DNA from: Phoronis australis
Taxonomy: Eukaryota; Animalia; Phoronida
Direction: 5' to 3'
DNA length: 64,000 nt
Assembly (NCBI GenBank): GCA_002633005.1
Contig: NMRA01000432.1
Span: forward strand, 254,070 to 318,069
In this document: positions 1 to 13,700 of the stretch, piece after piece
Numbering within the stretch: the stretch's first letter is position 1
How the letters are laid out: each line of letters begins with the position of its first letter
The notes under the pieces: generated by a model
Told to the model about the DNA's origin: nothing
The model's database searches: none
The model's input: only the letters and a program-made list of their open reading frames with translations
Position numbers and translations under genes: made by a program

Positions 1-359
1 GAGTCATAGTGTAGTTCAGTAGTTGTTTGTTTGATGAAGTGTATGTTTGAAAAACTAATTCAGATTTTTTTGTGTTTGGGATGTTTATGTTCGAGTCTGC
101 GACTTTACAAATTGTCATTGTAAGGTTTAAGGGTGGTTGTTTTATCTTGACCGCCTGTGACCGCTCAATGTTGCCGTTGCATAAAACATGCTGCATTTCG
201 TCATTTGTTAAGTTGCTGTTTTGACGAACACTTTTAAATGAGTCATTGCCATGTGGCAAAACCAAGGGATATGGACTTTTTGAGCACTGACCTATTTCAA
301 TATGTCACTGCTTTATAGTTGACCTGTTTTCACAATATAGATGTGTGCCAGAGAATACA

Positions 360-612
360 ATGAACCATTATGCTGTCATCCCTGTCCGTCCAGCGTCTGT
401 CTGGTGTCCATTCGCCATCTGTCCAGCAATCTCTGCTGTACTTCCAAAATTGTTCATGAAATTTTGCAGCTGTGTTCCTTTTGTGCATGTTCAAATTTTC
501 AGATTGTTCTAAATGCTGGTGTGTCACCTAGTGGCAACTTAATTTTTTCCGTTTCCTGTGTCTTAGAAATTCCCTGAAGTGCACATGAATGGGATTCATC
601 CAGTAGATGGCG
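360..612 (+). mobile_element. Degenerate relative of the 55981-57007 element
   Basis: GTCC/GTCT microsatellite, atgaaatttt, and cctagtggcaacttaattttttccgtttcc resembling 56545-56590. Confidence 0.45.
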
Positions 613-718
613 TTAGTTCATTCTTAAGCGGATCGGGATAATTGATTCCTAACTTCAGTGCAAACTGGCTGAGTATGTGCATATCTTCAAATGCTTCCAA
701 TTTTTCCACATTCTGTTT

Positions 719-1083
719 CACGGGTGAGAAACAACATGACCGCCGGTCCTCTTAAATCGGACCGCCTCACCCAAAACAGGACCTCCGGGGATCAAATGGG
801 ACCGTCGCACCAGAAAATGGGACTGACCCACCTAAAAACATGACCGCCCCACCAGAAAACAGGACCGCCAGGGACTGAACATGACCGCCGGAAATTGAAA
901 CCGCATATTGTCCGGTGGTCATGTTCAGTCCCCGGCGGTCCTGTTTTGTGGTGGGGCGGTCATGTTTTTAGGTGCGTCAGTCCCATTTTCTGGTGTGACG
1001 ATCCCATTTGATTCCCGGAGGTCCTGTTTTGGGCGAGTCAGTCCGATTTAGAGGACCGACGGTCATGTTGTTTCTTACCCGTG
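719..1083. mobile_element. Palindromic MITE, Transib-type
   Basis: Termini CACGGGTGAGAAACAACATGACC...GGTCATGTTGTTTCTTACCCGTG. TGTTT is duplicated at 714-718 and 1084-1088. Arms are ~170 bp, built from AACA(T/G)GACCGCC subrepeats. Confidence 0.8.
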
Positions 1084-1971
1084 TGTTTGGCATCAGCAGT
1101 AGGCCTGTATGTTTATGAAGTTTCTGTGTTCGAGTATTATTCAAAATTGCTTGCCGTCTGCAACGATGAATTATAAATCTAATTTGAAATGTTCAAGACT
1201 GCTTTTCGGACACGATATATAGATATTGCCAGTTTAGTCAGAAGTGCTGATTTGTTTTCTACCTGTCTTCCATAGGGTGGGATCTGCGTACTTTCATTGT
1301 GAATCAACAATATATCATGTGTACCCGATACATCAGTCTATGAGCAGCCCTGATCCACCTGATGCACCTGTCTTGGTTTTTCCATTATTAAACTTGCTGT
1401 GGGAATGGCCTTGGGTGGCAAAGGTAAATCTCAGATGATGATGAGAGACATACAGTGGCAATGTGGCTCAGCAGTCCAGTCCTGAATAAAGGTTTCTATG
1501 GAGCCTATGGTCTAAGATGTCTAGGAGACAGAGTAATTTTATCTGTTCCCCCTGATAACCTTGCAGTTCAGTCTCTTTGGCTGTTGATGACTGTTTTCAC
1601 TCAACCTCGTGTCTTGTTGTATGAGGTGGTTGTGTGGCTACATTCCGGGGTTGTTGGGGGCCTTTTGCTGTATAGATTATTTAATTTAAACTTAACAGAT
1701 TATTCTCCAGTCCCATTCAACAAGTCATTGCTTCATAAAAAATCCCATTGTGTTCAAAATGGCTTACAGTCATGGTTTAGTCACCTCTAGTCTATATTTC
1801 ACATACCTTATTCCTAGCATTTGTTATGTTACATAACACCTCTTGGTGTTTTATATATGCCTTTCTCATAAACTTATGCATGACTAACATTCCAATCCCA
1901 GAAGGAGGCTTGTACTGTTTAGTCTACAGGAAGTTGTGTGCTGTCAGTGATTCTCTACATGAACATGAACA

Positions 1972-2897
1972 ATGGCACACTGTTGTGTCCCTTGCTGCAC
2001 AAATAACCAAAGAAGAAATAAAGTATTGTCATTTCACAAATTTCCTGCTGACAAACAATTAAGAAGACAATGGCTAGTGAAGATTCGCAGAGAAGAAGGG
2101 CCAACATTCCAGGTAAATAGAGTCTTGATGTCTACTCAGTGTTTTGTAGCACCATTGGCAGTGATGCTTGGATAGATGGCACTTTTTAAGCACATTATTG
2201 CCTAACACTAGCTTTCCCTATAGCACATTCTATTTATCAAAGGTAAAATGTTGTTTTAAATACATACTCCGTAGAATTCAAAGAAAACGACAAACCCTGA
2301 ATGGTGACCTAAGATACTGTTTGAGTTGTCAGAGAGCCAAAACTGAAGGTTGACCCAAGACCTCAAGTTATTGACTGAATCATTCTACAGTCATAATAAA
2401 CAGCAATGCAATGATCCAAGCAGTACTTCCCCTGGTGTTGCATCTGACTTTCATTTTGCACCATCTAAACTGTGTTGAATCTGAATGTAAAATTTATAGC
2501 TATTAAAGGTTGATTGCTAATTACATAAATATGCTTTATATATGTATATGGAAAAATACTATATAACAACACGGTGTAATTGGTGTGTGATATTTGTACA
2601 TTTAACCTATGTTCTATATTTCAGGTCACAAAATATACTCATATTTGTTCTGCCCACTTCTTGCCTCAAGATTTCAAGTGGACACCTGTGAGAAAAATGC
2701 TGAAGCCTGATGCAGTACCCTCATTGTTTGACTGGTACAGTGATAAAAAAACAAGAAGACCTAAACGGAAAAGTACAGAGCTTGACAAGAATTTTGAATT
2801 GTTTGACAGACCACATGGTGAACAGTCTGGTCCAGTTGTGTTTAATTTGGTGATGAATTGTTTACTACTCGTTGATTGTGTTAGGGCCTATTTTTAA
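1972..2897 (+). CDS. THAP-domain (C2CH zinc finger) protein, two exons 1972-2112 and 2625-(2817 or 2897)
   Basis: MAHCCVPCCTNN...SFHKFPADKQLRRQWLVKIRR...FQ|gtaaa ... ttcag|VTKYTHICSAHF...LKPDAVPSLF. All THAP signature residues (C,C,C,H, F.FP, W, AVP box) are intact across a phase-0 intron. The 3' end is uncertain: possible donor at 2818 or stop at 2897. Confidence 0.85.
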
Positions 2898-5845
2898 CTT
2901 TGGTATCCTTTTTGGCAGCTATTGCTGCTTGAGTCTAATTATTGGGCTTATCTGCATGTATACATTTAGTTAGAATCCAGAAAATTACAGTTTGAATTCA
3001 AATGTTTGACCTTATTGTAGAAAGTCCTCATGACAGGTGACTTTCGAAAAGCTGCTCCATATTGAAATTCACAAACACACCAGATGGCAAACAATGCTTT
3101 GTTGGACAAGCATTCAGCGCCACCTGCAGGTCCCATGTAATGCAGACGCAAGGTTTCAACCTACTGGTATAAAAGCATTTTAACACCTTTGCTACCATTG
3201 TAATGCTGGCAAATTTCCACCGCTGTGTGGTGGGATATACTACTAGATTTAACAATTTGCAGAGGAGGCTAGATTTGTTTTTGTAAACTTGATTCCTTAT
3301 GGTTTGAAATTTGTTGATTTTTGTAACCCAATCACAGCTGCTGTGTGTAGCTGTGGTCCATGCATTATGATCTCCTCTGTGACAATAGTCCAGTCTACAC
3401 ACAGACTTACCCTACAACAACTTGTACTAGTGCACTAAGTGTAGTGTCCACACACAAACACACACATATATGCGATAACTAGCGCAAGGCAGAAGTTGTT
3501 GCTCAGTGCATGACAATCAACAGCTGATGTGAATACGGGATACAAAAGAAAACCTGTCTGTATGTAACTACAGCTGATAATTGTTTCTGCCTTGCTCTAG
3601 GTTTGCGGTCATACAATTATTAGAAATGGCGCATTAAGTTACCGTAGAACAAGTTACCCTTCGTCGATAAGGTTTTACAAGTGGGGCAAGTTTAAATAGC
3701 GTCCTTACAGCCTTCAAACTCGTTCTAGGTGTAAGTTGTTCTCGGACAAGTCTGTGTGTGTGGATGGCACTAATGACTAGTGGTTTAAGGACCACTGCAG
3801 ACAGAAGGACCTTTCAGACTAACTACTCTGCTATGAGAAGAGCGTTGGTGTAAACTTTAAAGTTAATTGAACCGTTCATACCAGCTTCGGTAGTTAAAAT
3901 GGATATCGAAGGAAACGGTTGGTGACTCTGTCTTTATTGTAGTAATTGGTGTAGCAGTGTCCCCTGCTGATAACTTGGACGAGACCAAAGTTGACTGTTC
4001 ATACTATGCTGAGGTATTGATACTTCGCCGTTAAGTTCACCTGTTTACTGCAAAGTAAACTGACACTGTTAACTTTGATCCAGGACCAGTTAACCGTTCA
4101 TGCTGACTGTAACTCCTCAAAAGATCGGTTCGTCGATGTCAGCAGTTAGTGGGAGTGCCACCTATGGGTTATATGTGAAATAACAGCCAAAGGTCAGGTT
4201 CACCAAAAAGGTTTAGACGAAGAATCTTGTTGTCACTGTGTAAAATTGTGGAGAGTACTGTAAGCCGCCTTTACAATTGTACAGTAAACAAAAACATTAC
4301 GTATACTTCCAAAATTCCTAAAGCAAGGAGGTAGGCTAGCTGAGGACGGGCGGTGAAAATATATCTTCCTTTGTGACAGTGGGCCTGTTGAAGTTCTAAA
4401 AGCAATGCATTGACCTTTTTGTCACAGTTTGTCTCAAAATTCAAACATGACTTTTGTATGGCTGTGACCAAATATGGCAGTCAGATAGTTGAAAATTCTC
4501 GCTTCATTTTTTGCTTTAGACTTTTCAGTTGTAGCGTAAGAAGTCTATCGTCGACAGTCACCAAAAAATTCCTATGCATTGGTTCGCGTAAAAAACAACC
4601 TAATCAGACTTTTTCAGTCGTTTTTTTGTAAAAAGGATCAGCGTGTTCAACTTGACAAGATAGCCAACCCCTGTTTTCATCGCTCAAGCCAGTGTTTGCG
4701 TGTACAATTAAGCAGCAAAATGACATAACAGACCGTCCAGTTTTCTGTCAGTTTACAACAATATGACCATTGACTCATAGATTACAAAGTGGAGCAACAG
4801 ATCAGTCTAGAAACCGTGAAAAGGGCATATACGGTACCAGCAACATCTGCTTGGTTGTGTCAGTTGGGAAAGGGTCCCCCCAAATTAGCCAAAGATCATT
4901 CCCAAGACAGGTGTTTTGTTTATGTTTAGATGCATATAATTCACTTAAGCTATCTATTGGACCAACCACAAAAACCAGAATGGGAAACATAAATTGTGAA
5001 TGGGGGCCTCCTTGTGCAAGAGTTGGACAGTGTTATAATGTTTAAAACATTGAGTATTGGCAAACACCCTCTGTCTGACTTGCCATTATTGCACATGTCG
5101 AAATGGAGGACTAGTAGTCACTGACCATGGTGGTGAAAGTGACAACTTCAAACAAAACTAATGGAAAATCGCGAGTTCATCTCAACTACACAGTGGAAAC
5201 CTTGTGTTGATCATATTGCCGAGTTGTGCTTTTAGTAACCTTATTTATTACTAACAGTATATTCGTATCACCTTGTATCATTCACCATGAAAATGGTCAA
5301 ATTTTTTAAAACTAATTGTTGGCCTTCGCCCGCAACCATGGCTTCGCCTTCCATCATAATACCTAAAGAGTTACGAGATCAACTGTCTGCCTCAATTAAA
5401 TTTACCTCATATCCTTGTACTCACACACAGTGTAGCCAAATGCTCACTGACCTGTAATTTACATTTGCAATTACGTGGAACAAGCAAGAGGGCTTTTTTT
5501 TCAATAATTAATTTCATTGGGTATCGAGAGAAATCGCCTAATCATGTAGCTCACTTCACGCAGGTGTTGTAGGTGAAAGAATTTCAATAATTGAGATATT
5601 TGCATTGCCTCCTCAAGAGGCAAAATCCCCACTGTTTGTTTTGCTGCAGAATTGAGCTCTCAGTTGAGCTCATTTGGATTTGAGGGGCTTAGCTCCCCTT
5701 CTGTTGTGGCTTTGAATGTCCAAGCCTCCTGTCCTATGTGTGGTGTAAAACTTGGTGGCCAGATTGAGTTTCCTGTACTGTAGTGTTCGACCCAGTTTGT
5801 GTAATCTATTCTATGGAGTAGAGATTGGCATTTGCAGAATTATTA

Positions 5846-6545
5846 GGTAGCACTCAATAGTTTTTCCTCATTTTTGCCTCGTCTGACAGTGGACTGTGAA
5901 AGAGTAGTTTTATTTCTTTTCTACAACAAAATCAGCATGCCAGATTTATATTCATTGGTCATGTGATGTGGCCATATTTGGTGTGCTGACCAGACTTGAA
6001 AATGTTTGCAATACATACATTTCCTTGCTGACTTAAGAATTACATTATTTATATAAAATCACAAAACATTTTCTTGCCTACTGTATAAAAACTTGCATTC
6101 AAAGTTCATTTCTTTTGCTTTCATACCCATGGCAAACCTAAGTGAGCAAAAATACACAAAATTGACAGTTTTTAACCAAAAATCATGACTCACATGTGAC
6201 TACTAGGCACTAGCAGACAATGAACTCAGAATACCAAAACACTCCAAATTAAAAAAATTAGGTAGACAATGATTGTCAACCAGACCATTTTTGTTAAACT
6301 GAAAAGTTCGAAAGGTACATGAATTTCCAGCAAAAACTTGTTATGTTAGCAGGAAGAAGTAGGTCAATGAGACAACAAACTACATTTTTATCATAAAACA
6401 GGTTAAAAATAAACAAAACCGTTGGTAGCCGTAGTCGCCACTTTTATAGTAAATCTCAAAAAAGGCCCAGTCAATCCTAAAGGTGCCAACTTTTTATAAA
6501 ATTAGGGGGGGTTAGACTGGCCCGAAAATACTTTTTTTTGCTACC
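5846..6545. mobile_element. Non-autonomous TIR element with TTA target duplication (Zator or PIF/Harbinger type)
   Basis: tta|GGTAGCActcaatagtttttc ... gaaaatactttttttTGCTACC|tta; imperfect ~22-bp TIR. Confidence 0.55.
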
Positions 6546-9500
6546 TTAGGTGCTTTCATCGATGCTTGTGTTCAAGGTTATTGTAGAATTATACATTTTG
6601 CCATAAATTTTCTTTAAAACAGTTTTTGAATTATGGATGTGAACTGTAGCCTTTACAATGTATTGAGTGGATAGCTTTATCATCATGTACGCTCTGGAAA
6701 AGTTTATGTTCAAAGTCTAGGTGTCAGTGTGTGTTAGAGAACTAGTTATGGTGTAAAACATTGACTTCTGTCATTGATTGGCACATTTCACGTTATTTTT
6801 AACAATATTTTATTGAAATATTGGTCATCGTACAACTAACTCTTTAATATTTATCATTTGAACTTAATACATAATTCTTGCTGTTGAAAAATTACTTACG
6901 TATGTGCATAACGAGTGCAATAAGGTGTGTTGAGTTGATGTTGCCTGGCTACGCTGATGGTGTAATAGGACTTTACAGTAAATTCCAGCTGGCAGATCTC
7001 TTGGATGTACAAGTTTCAGTGGCTTTGGCATTCTCATCGTCATTTGAAACATTGATTTGATTCCAGTAATTCTAAAGTATATATTTTTTTTCTCTGCTCT
7101 GTAACATAGTAAATTTCTTGTTGGTGGATGGAAACAAGTTCATTGGTTTCAGCAATCCTGTTGCGAAATCCTGAAACTTGAGCTCATGCACCCACTGTTT
7201 AACAGTTGCAGCTGTGTTGCCTACTATACTGATCATTTTCAAGTCAAAACACAAGCAGGTTTCATGCTGCAAAACAACTCCACCCACACTCCTGATCTCT
7301 TTTGCTTGGAAAGAAATCAATGTTTTCCCCATCTCAACAAACATTAGTCAGATTTGCCAGCCACAACTGATGTATGATGTTGTTTAGTCTGAGTAGGTCA
7401 TTAGTGCTGGGATTGTCTGCCTGGTGGATGACTCATGCCTGGTGCTACTTATCCACAGCCATGGGTCAAAGGTCATTGACAAGTTTTTTGTTTGCTGTGA
7501 CTTATCTAGGCTAATATGAAGAAAGGGCTCTTTAACTGTGTCAAACAAGACTCTGGTGTTTAAGAAGTATTGTGATCATTGTTTCAAAGTTATTTTTTGT
7601 TTCATTTTGTTGAGAAATACTAATTTGATAATCAAATTAAATACTGGTAGTCCTTTTTAAACTAATAATCATTTGTGAATGTTGAGAGTGTAGGGTTTCC
7701 TCATGCATTTTAAACTGCATGTCTGTGTCAATACCTAGGGTGTTTAAATAGTGAAATATTTGAAAATTGGCTGTACCATAAAGCCAACCTTGAACAGTTA
7801 TACTCATGAAGTTGATTTGTTGTACAATATCTTATGAACATCTCTCTGAGTACAGCAACGGCCAGAGTGGTGCTCAGTGCCAAATGTAATGAAATGTTCT
7901 TCTCTGTCACCACGGCAATCCTTATGCCCAGTTTTAGTCTGTCCTCTTTCAGGTTTCAGGGCCCTCAATGCCATGACTTTGGAGCCGAATATTGACCCCA
8001 TTTCTCAATGGATTTGTTTTAAATCATGCAAAATTCCTTCTGTGTCTCATATGATGCTGCACCTATAGCCCTGTATATCTAAAATAACAATCTATTCAAG
8101 AAAGCTTGGGCATTTATATCAAACTTTAAAATGCAGGAGTGTGTGTTTCCCCATCTACCAATTAAGGTTAACACCCAGACTCCCTCAATTGCAACCGTGT
8201 TAGTTTCTTACAAAGATAAAGTGTTTGCTTAACTGTACACAGATAAGCTAATTTCATAGATTTTGGAATCTGAAATTGTCGGTAATATCCATGGGTGCTT
8301 TTAAGGAACTTAGTCCCGAGTGAAGAAATAGGGAGTGGGTGTATAATCGATCATGACCAAGGATGATTGTTTTTGATCATTACAACAGCTTTACTCTTGT
8401 GAAAATGAAACAAAAACCAGAATAACTTATTCTAGGCCTGTAGTGATGTTTATTTAGCTATTTGTGGCTGTTAGCAATCATGTGCTTGGAATGTTGCTAT
8501 TCATATAGCCCTTCATCTCAAGTTGAGCAAGTGGAATCTACCCATTTGGTAGTTCTTGGGTTACACACAGTTATGCTATTCTCAAATCCCTAGGTCATGT
8601 GGTCGTTGCCGTTAGTTACTGTGTGCTGTTGTCGGTGAAGCAGAATTCCCACATCCAGAATTCAAATCTTTTGTGGAAGTTGAAAAATGTAGTGTATGAT
8701 TGACCTAATTTTTGAAAAGCTTATTCACTTCTGAGCAAAGTCAGACAAGTGATGTACGTTATATTGTGCCTCGCTCAACTTTTCAATTTTTATGTCTGCA
8801 TTTCAACCCACTATGCTGAACAGGGAACCTACATTTTATGAATCAGTTTTCCCTGTTGAGTAATGGGCATGAAACTGGTTCTGGAAATCTTGGGCCCATC
8901 AGAATGACAATTGCCACTTATTGTCATCAGAATGACAAATGACAAACTATTTAATGTGGTGTCTAACACTTGTCAGCAGGTACATGCCTGGGGCAAGTGA
9001 CCCAGAGTAAATACTGCTGATCCTGTGGGTGCTGCAGCATACCAGGAAGTGGCTAACAGCCTTAGTGTACGGAACTATAGACGGGAACTATAGACGACGT
9101 TAGGTCTGTAGAGGTACACATGATCTCAACTTTCAAAGCCTGCAGGCTTTGATTTTTAACTATATATCAATACGTCATTTATTGGGTTACTTGACTCTGT
9201 AGTGTTAGTCAAATTTTTGAAAAAGCAAAAGTACACTCGCGGCAATGCAATAGCTCTGTATCGTTCACGTGACCAAGTATAATCAGGATGAAATCTCAAA
9301 AATGCTGTTACTGTTTTCAATTTATGCCACTTTGAGCTTTTGTCTTAAAAATGCAAAATTCTCTTGTTATATAGCCTCTCCTGCAGAAGTGGAACTTTAT
9401 GAAAACTATTCCTTACAAGATTTTGAAGTTCGATTGCATAAAGCACTTGTTTACAAATTTCATGTGAATCAGATCATTCATTTATGAAGTTTGACAAATT

Positions 9501-10561
9501 GCGGTGATTTTATAGAATCTTACATAACCTTGCATTTGTGACGTGATTTCATTACACAACTCAGTTAATAAAAATACTGATAAGGCAACATCTTCAGTTA
9601 CTTATGTTGACTGAACCCTTAGAAAACTGCCGGGTCTTCCCCACATTCAAAAGTCTCGTCTAAACTGAGTGAGGAACAAGTTGAAACCAGTTTTATGACA
9701 GTAAAAAAGGTTAGATTTTTAGCCTGAAAGGGAGCTTCGGTACTCGCCGAAACTTCGGTATAGTGGGAACAGTCCAAGCAAAGCTTCGTTGAGGTTATCG
9801 GTAAAGGTCGCAGCAATGATATACGATCATGTGAGACTCGCAAAATGTGCCTTCGTTATTGTAGCATAGCTGACATGCTCTCAATAGACAGACATAAAGA
9901 AATGAATGAAAGCATATCTGATGAAGAATGACACTGATCATTTTCATAAACACACAATTTTCAGTTATCTATAAACCCACTACTCAATATTCGTTTGGGA
10001 GTACAAACGAACTGCGTCGTCTGGTGTCATAACGATAACTTTGATATCGCTGTCTAGTCGGAAACGTAAGAGCGAAGTTTGAAGGAAGCGTCAGTAAACC
10101 AAAGCTTCCCTAATGGTGAAGCGTCTTTAGTTGCTGTAACACTAAACTCATTCTCAGGATATCTTAAACTGTCTTAACAATCGAATGAAATGGTCTTGGG
10201 ATAGACATATGAGCAACACGCCTTAGATGACGACTATCCATGGTGTTCTAATGTTCACCATTGTCATTGTTATGATGAAGTTTATCCAATTGTTTGAGTA
10301 ATTATAAAATCAAACCCTTCCTTTTTTCCGCCTATATTCCAAGTCAACAGCAAACAAACTGATTTTTGCCCCACCCCCCCGTTAATGTTGCCATTGTCTA
10401 ATACAAATACAGCTGTGATTGTGCCCTGTTGCCTACAAATGCCTTGACATTGTCAACGTCAAATTGGTTAGGATGCTGTCGAGCCATTTTAGTTTTTTTT
10501 TTGCAGTCAAATTTTTGTTTCTGTGATTATGTAAAGTCACTGGTTTTGCCTCTGTTGACAG

Positions 10562-10729
10562 CATTCTATGGACTTGCCCCCTGATAAGGCCAGGGTGTTA
10601 AAGAATTATGACGATGAGAAGAAGTGGGACCTGATTTGTGATCAGGAACGAGTTCACGCTAAGGACCCGCCCAGCTTCTACCTGGACAAACTACGCACGT
10701 ATCTAGACCCCTCAGCCAGCAGGGCCAAG
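10562..10729 (+). CDS. FMNL: FMNL exon (GBD start)
   Basis: gacag|[30 protein letters not shown]...RAK|gtaag. Confidence 0.92.
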
Positions 10730-13700
10730 GTAAGATGTTTGCGACATCGTATTTAAGAACGGCACGACTTCCTTCTTCAAATTCTAATTTTGCTCCCATT
10801 TGCGTAACATCAATATTTATGAAGGTTCAGCAGAATTATGTATACGTGTGCAAGTTGACATGAATTGTTCCATTTGTATTGCAAACTATTTCATCAAATG
10901 GCGATTCATTAAATATTAATATTCAACTATGCATAATTAACCAAGGATAATTAGTGTTCTGGGCCCAGGGTACAATCCCTGAACTCAGACTTGAAACTTA
11001 ATCAATCGTGTCATGTGAATCGAGTACAAATTTTTAAGATTACTCGAAACATATCATCCTATTGATCAATTTCCTAGTGAAGTTTTGTGAGATTAGACCC
11101 TGGGCTCTATCATACTTGTGGGCTCTATCATACTTCTGGGCTCTCTATCATACTTGTGGGCTCTATCATACTTGTGGGCTCTCTATCATACTTGTGGGCT
11201 CTATCATACTTGTGGGCTCTATCATACTTGTGGGCTCTCTATCATACTTGGGCTTCCAAGATCGTATTATTACATTTTTATCTTTTATGAAAATAGCTCT
11301 GTTCTCATGTATTTTGATATTACACTAATATTTTAGAAAAAAAAGCAATTAATTCCCCAAACAGTTGCATCCCAAAGGATTCATGAATACCAGAAAGTTT
11401 TGTCGTCATCCCTATTGGCAGCCACTGACACTGCGCAGTCAGTGCAGTACAATGCATGTGCCAGCAGTGCAGTACAATGCATGTGCCAGCACCAGTTGTT
11501 TTATCGTACAGTTTATGGTTAAAATTTTAATTGAATCAACAATCCACATAGCTCGCCCCCTATCCGTATTAATCCTGAGAAATTTATAGTGGGACTCTAG
11601 GAGTCCTGTATACTCCTTTCCCAGTGGAATTTTTTTCAGTTAAGTTTTGCTTGAAAATTGCACAAGATTATTTCCATCAACTTTTCACATGGGAACCATC
11701 AAGTTTCTTGTTGGTAAACCTTCATCATGTAAGTGTAATAAATTCAAGTCTCATTGCACATCTAATTATATAACAGGGCAGGTGTGTGATCACCTGGGTG
11801 TTGGTCTCTGTACATTCTTGACCAATCCTGATCATGCATCAACTCACCCACTTATCCAACCAGGTACACTCGTTAATTATGCGCATACAATAATTAACAC
11901 AAACTGATTTGCTTACTTGACCTGTAAAATTTCTCACTAAAATGTTCACAGTCACATGGTAACTCTTCTTCTAATTTAGGCCTTGTTCTTTTCTTGATTG
12001 AGTTATTACAACTTGCATCAGTTCAGTCTTTTATTTTCAAAGTGAAAATGTGCTCTCATGCTGCTAATTTTATATCAAATTTACGTGGAAGTTTCCATGG
12101 ATACTTTATTGAAATAAAATGATAGAGCACTTCTAGTCTTCTTATAGACATCAAATTCGTGCTCTTTACACCTCTACAACTGAATAACATGTTTGAGCAT
12201 CAAACCACATGCACAGCGGAGCACCTGATAACTTGTACCACAAAGGAAGGATTTTGATGTATTAAGCATGACTTATGCAAAGGATTTATAAAAAATGCTG
12301 TGAAGCTTCGGTCTCACAGAAATGAATTGTACATTGTACACTATACATTATAACACTAAACGTCCACTATTCACTGTATCTCCATCTAGCGATAAAACAT
12401 GTTTTATTATGTTGTCGCGATTGGAAAGTGACCTTTGCCCACAGGTCTTTGACAAGAAGATCCGTAAATCATGTAGCCAGCGTGATTTGATTGAATTATT
12501 TATGATTATTGTGTGATTGTTTTCCCTAGGTCAGTCCACTATCAGTAGTCTGCTGTCTGGTATGGCCTTTTGTTACAGCATGCCAACAATGCTTACTGCT
12601 CAAGTTTTCTGTGAATGTTCACTGATAGGTTTTTGCTATTCTTTCTCCAACTTATACAAATGTGTAAGAACATTCTTGTCAACATTCTCTTTACAAAATC
12701 TGGCTCTATGAAATAAAGCCTGTTTTTAATGTTAAAAAGTATGTATAAAATTTCAAATCCCCTTGCACACCACAAAATTAATCTTTATGCATTACAATAG
12801 TCCCTCTTCAATTTCGCACAAAAAGTAATTGCCAAAATTGTAGTTTTTCCATTTTTTAAAGACTGATTTCATTGTTAAGATGATAAACAATTACCAGTTT
12901 TATTTTATGATCTAGCTGTTCAAGATAAATCATGCTTTTTATGAAATCAAGATTTTTCAACATTAATATTGGTCAATAAATTTGACAAAAAATTCCATCT
13001 TTTGTGCCGGATTGAAAGGCGTTATCCGCTATACCAATGTGCAAAGAAAAAAAAGGGTTTTGCATGCTTTTGCAGCTTGATTGCGTCACTGTTGTGAAAT
13101 ATCAGTGTGAAAAAAACAGGCATTTCCCTTATCAAGTGCTTTGATTCTTTTGTTAAAGCTCAGAGAATACATCAGTTTTAGTGCTCACTGTCTCCTTTTT
13201 TGTTTTGCTCATTTGCATAATTTATTTGACCTTCAAGCTTACATTCTTCTAGATAACAGCAAAGTAAAAGCAGAAGCTTAGAGTTAGGTGTCTAAATTTG
13301 TTTAATCCGAAACCTTGCAATTGCGTTAGAAGGCATCACAGATATGCCTTTTTCCATGTACTAAAGTCAAATATTGGTGTATTATTTCATTGAAATAACA
13401 CTGAACAAGTATCAGAGAGTAAATGATTACTGTTCTTCATTTTAGTGTTGGAGGATTGTTTAATGTCTAGGGTGGCACTGTTTTTGGTACCAGCTGAAGG
13501 GTCAGCTCATTTCATCTTGCTATGAAATTGCAGGTGTTTATGTATCTGAAAGCTCTCTTCTTACAACTTCAGCAATTGCATCAAGTGCAGTCTTATTTTT
13601 TTCAGAAACGCAAAGTTCTTGGCAATCTGACGTCTACACAGATTTTACGAGACCTCGAAATCTCGTTAAGGACGAATCACATAGAATGGGTGCGGGAATT

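Noticed and set aside
2903-2911. Perfect U12-type donor consensus GTATCCTTT
   Set aside because: It lies after the THAP stop codon, no convincing TCCTTAAC branch site was found, and one 9-mer in 64 kb is plausible by chance.
3385-3780. Possible MITE with acacacagactt...aagtctgtgtgt inverted ends
   Set aside because: The arms are short and diverged, and no target duplication could be defined.
6864-7390. Cluster of short ORFs with coding-like composition
   Set aside because: No recognisable motif; it could be a decayed element but cannot be supported.
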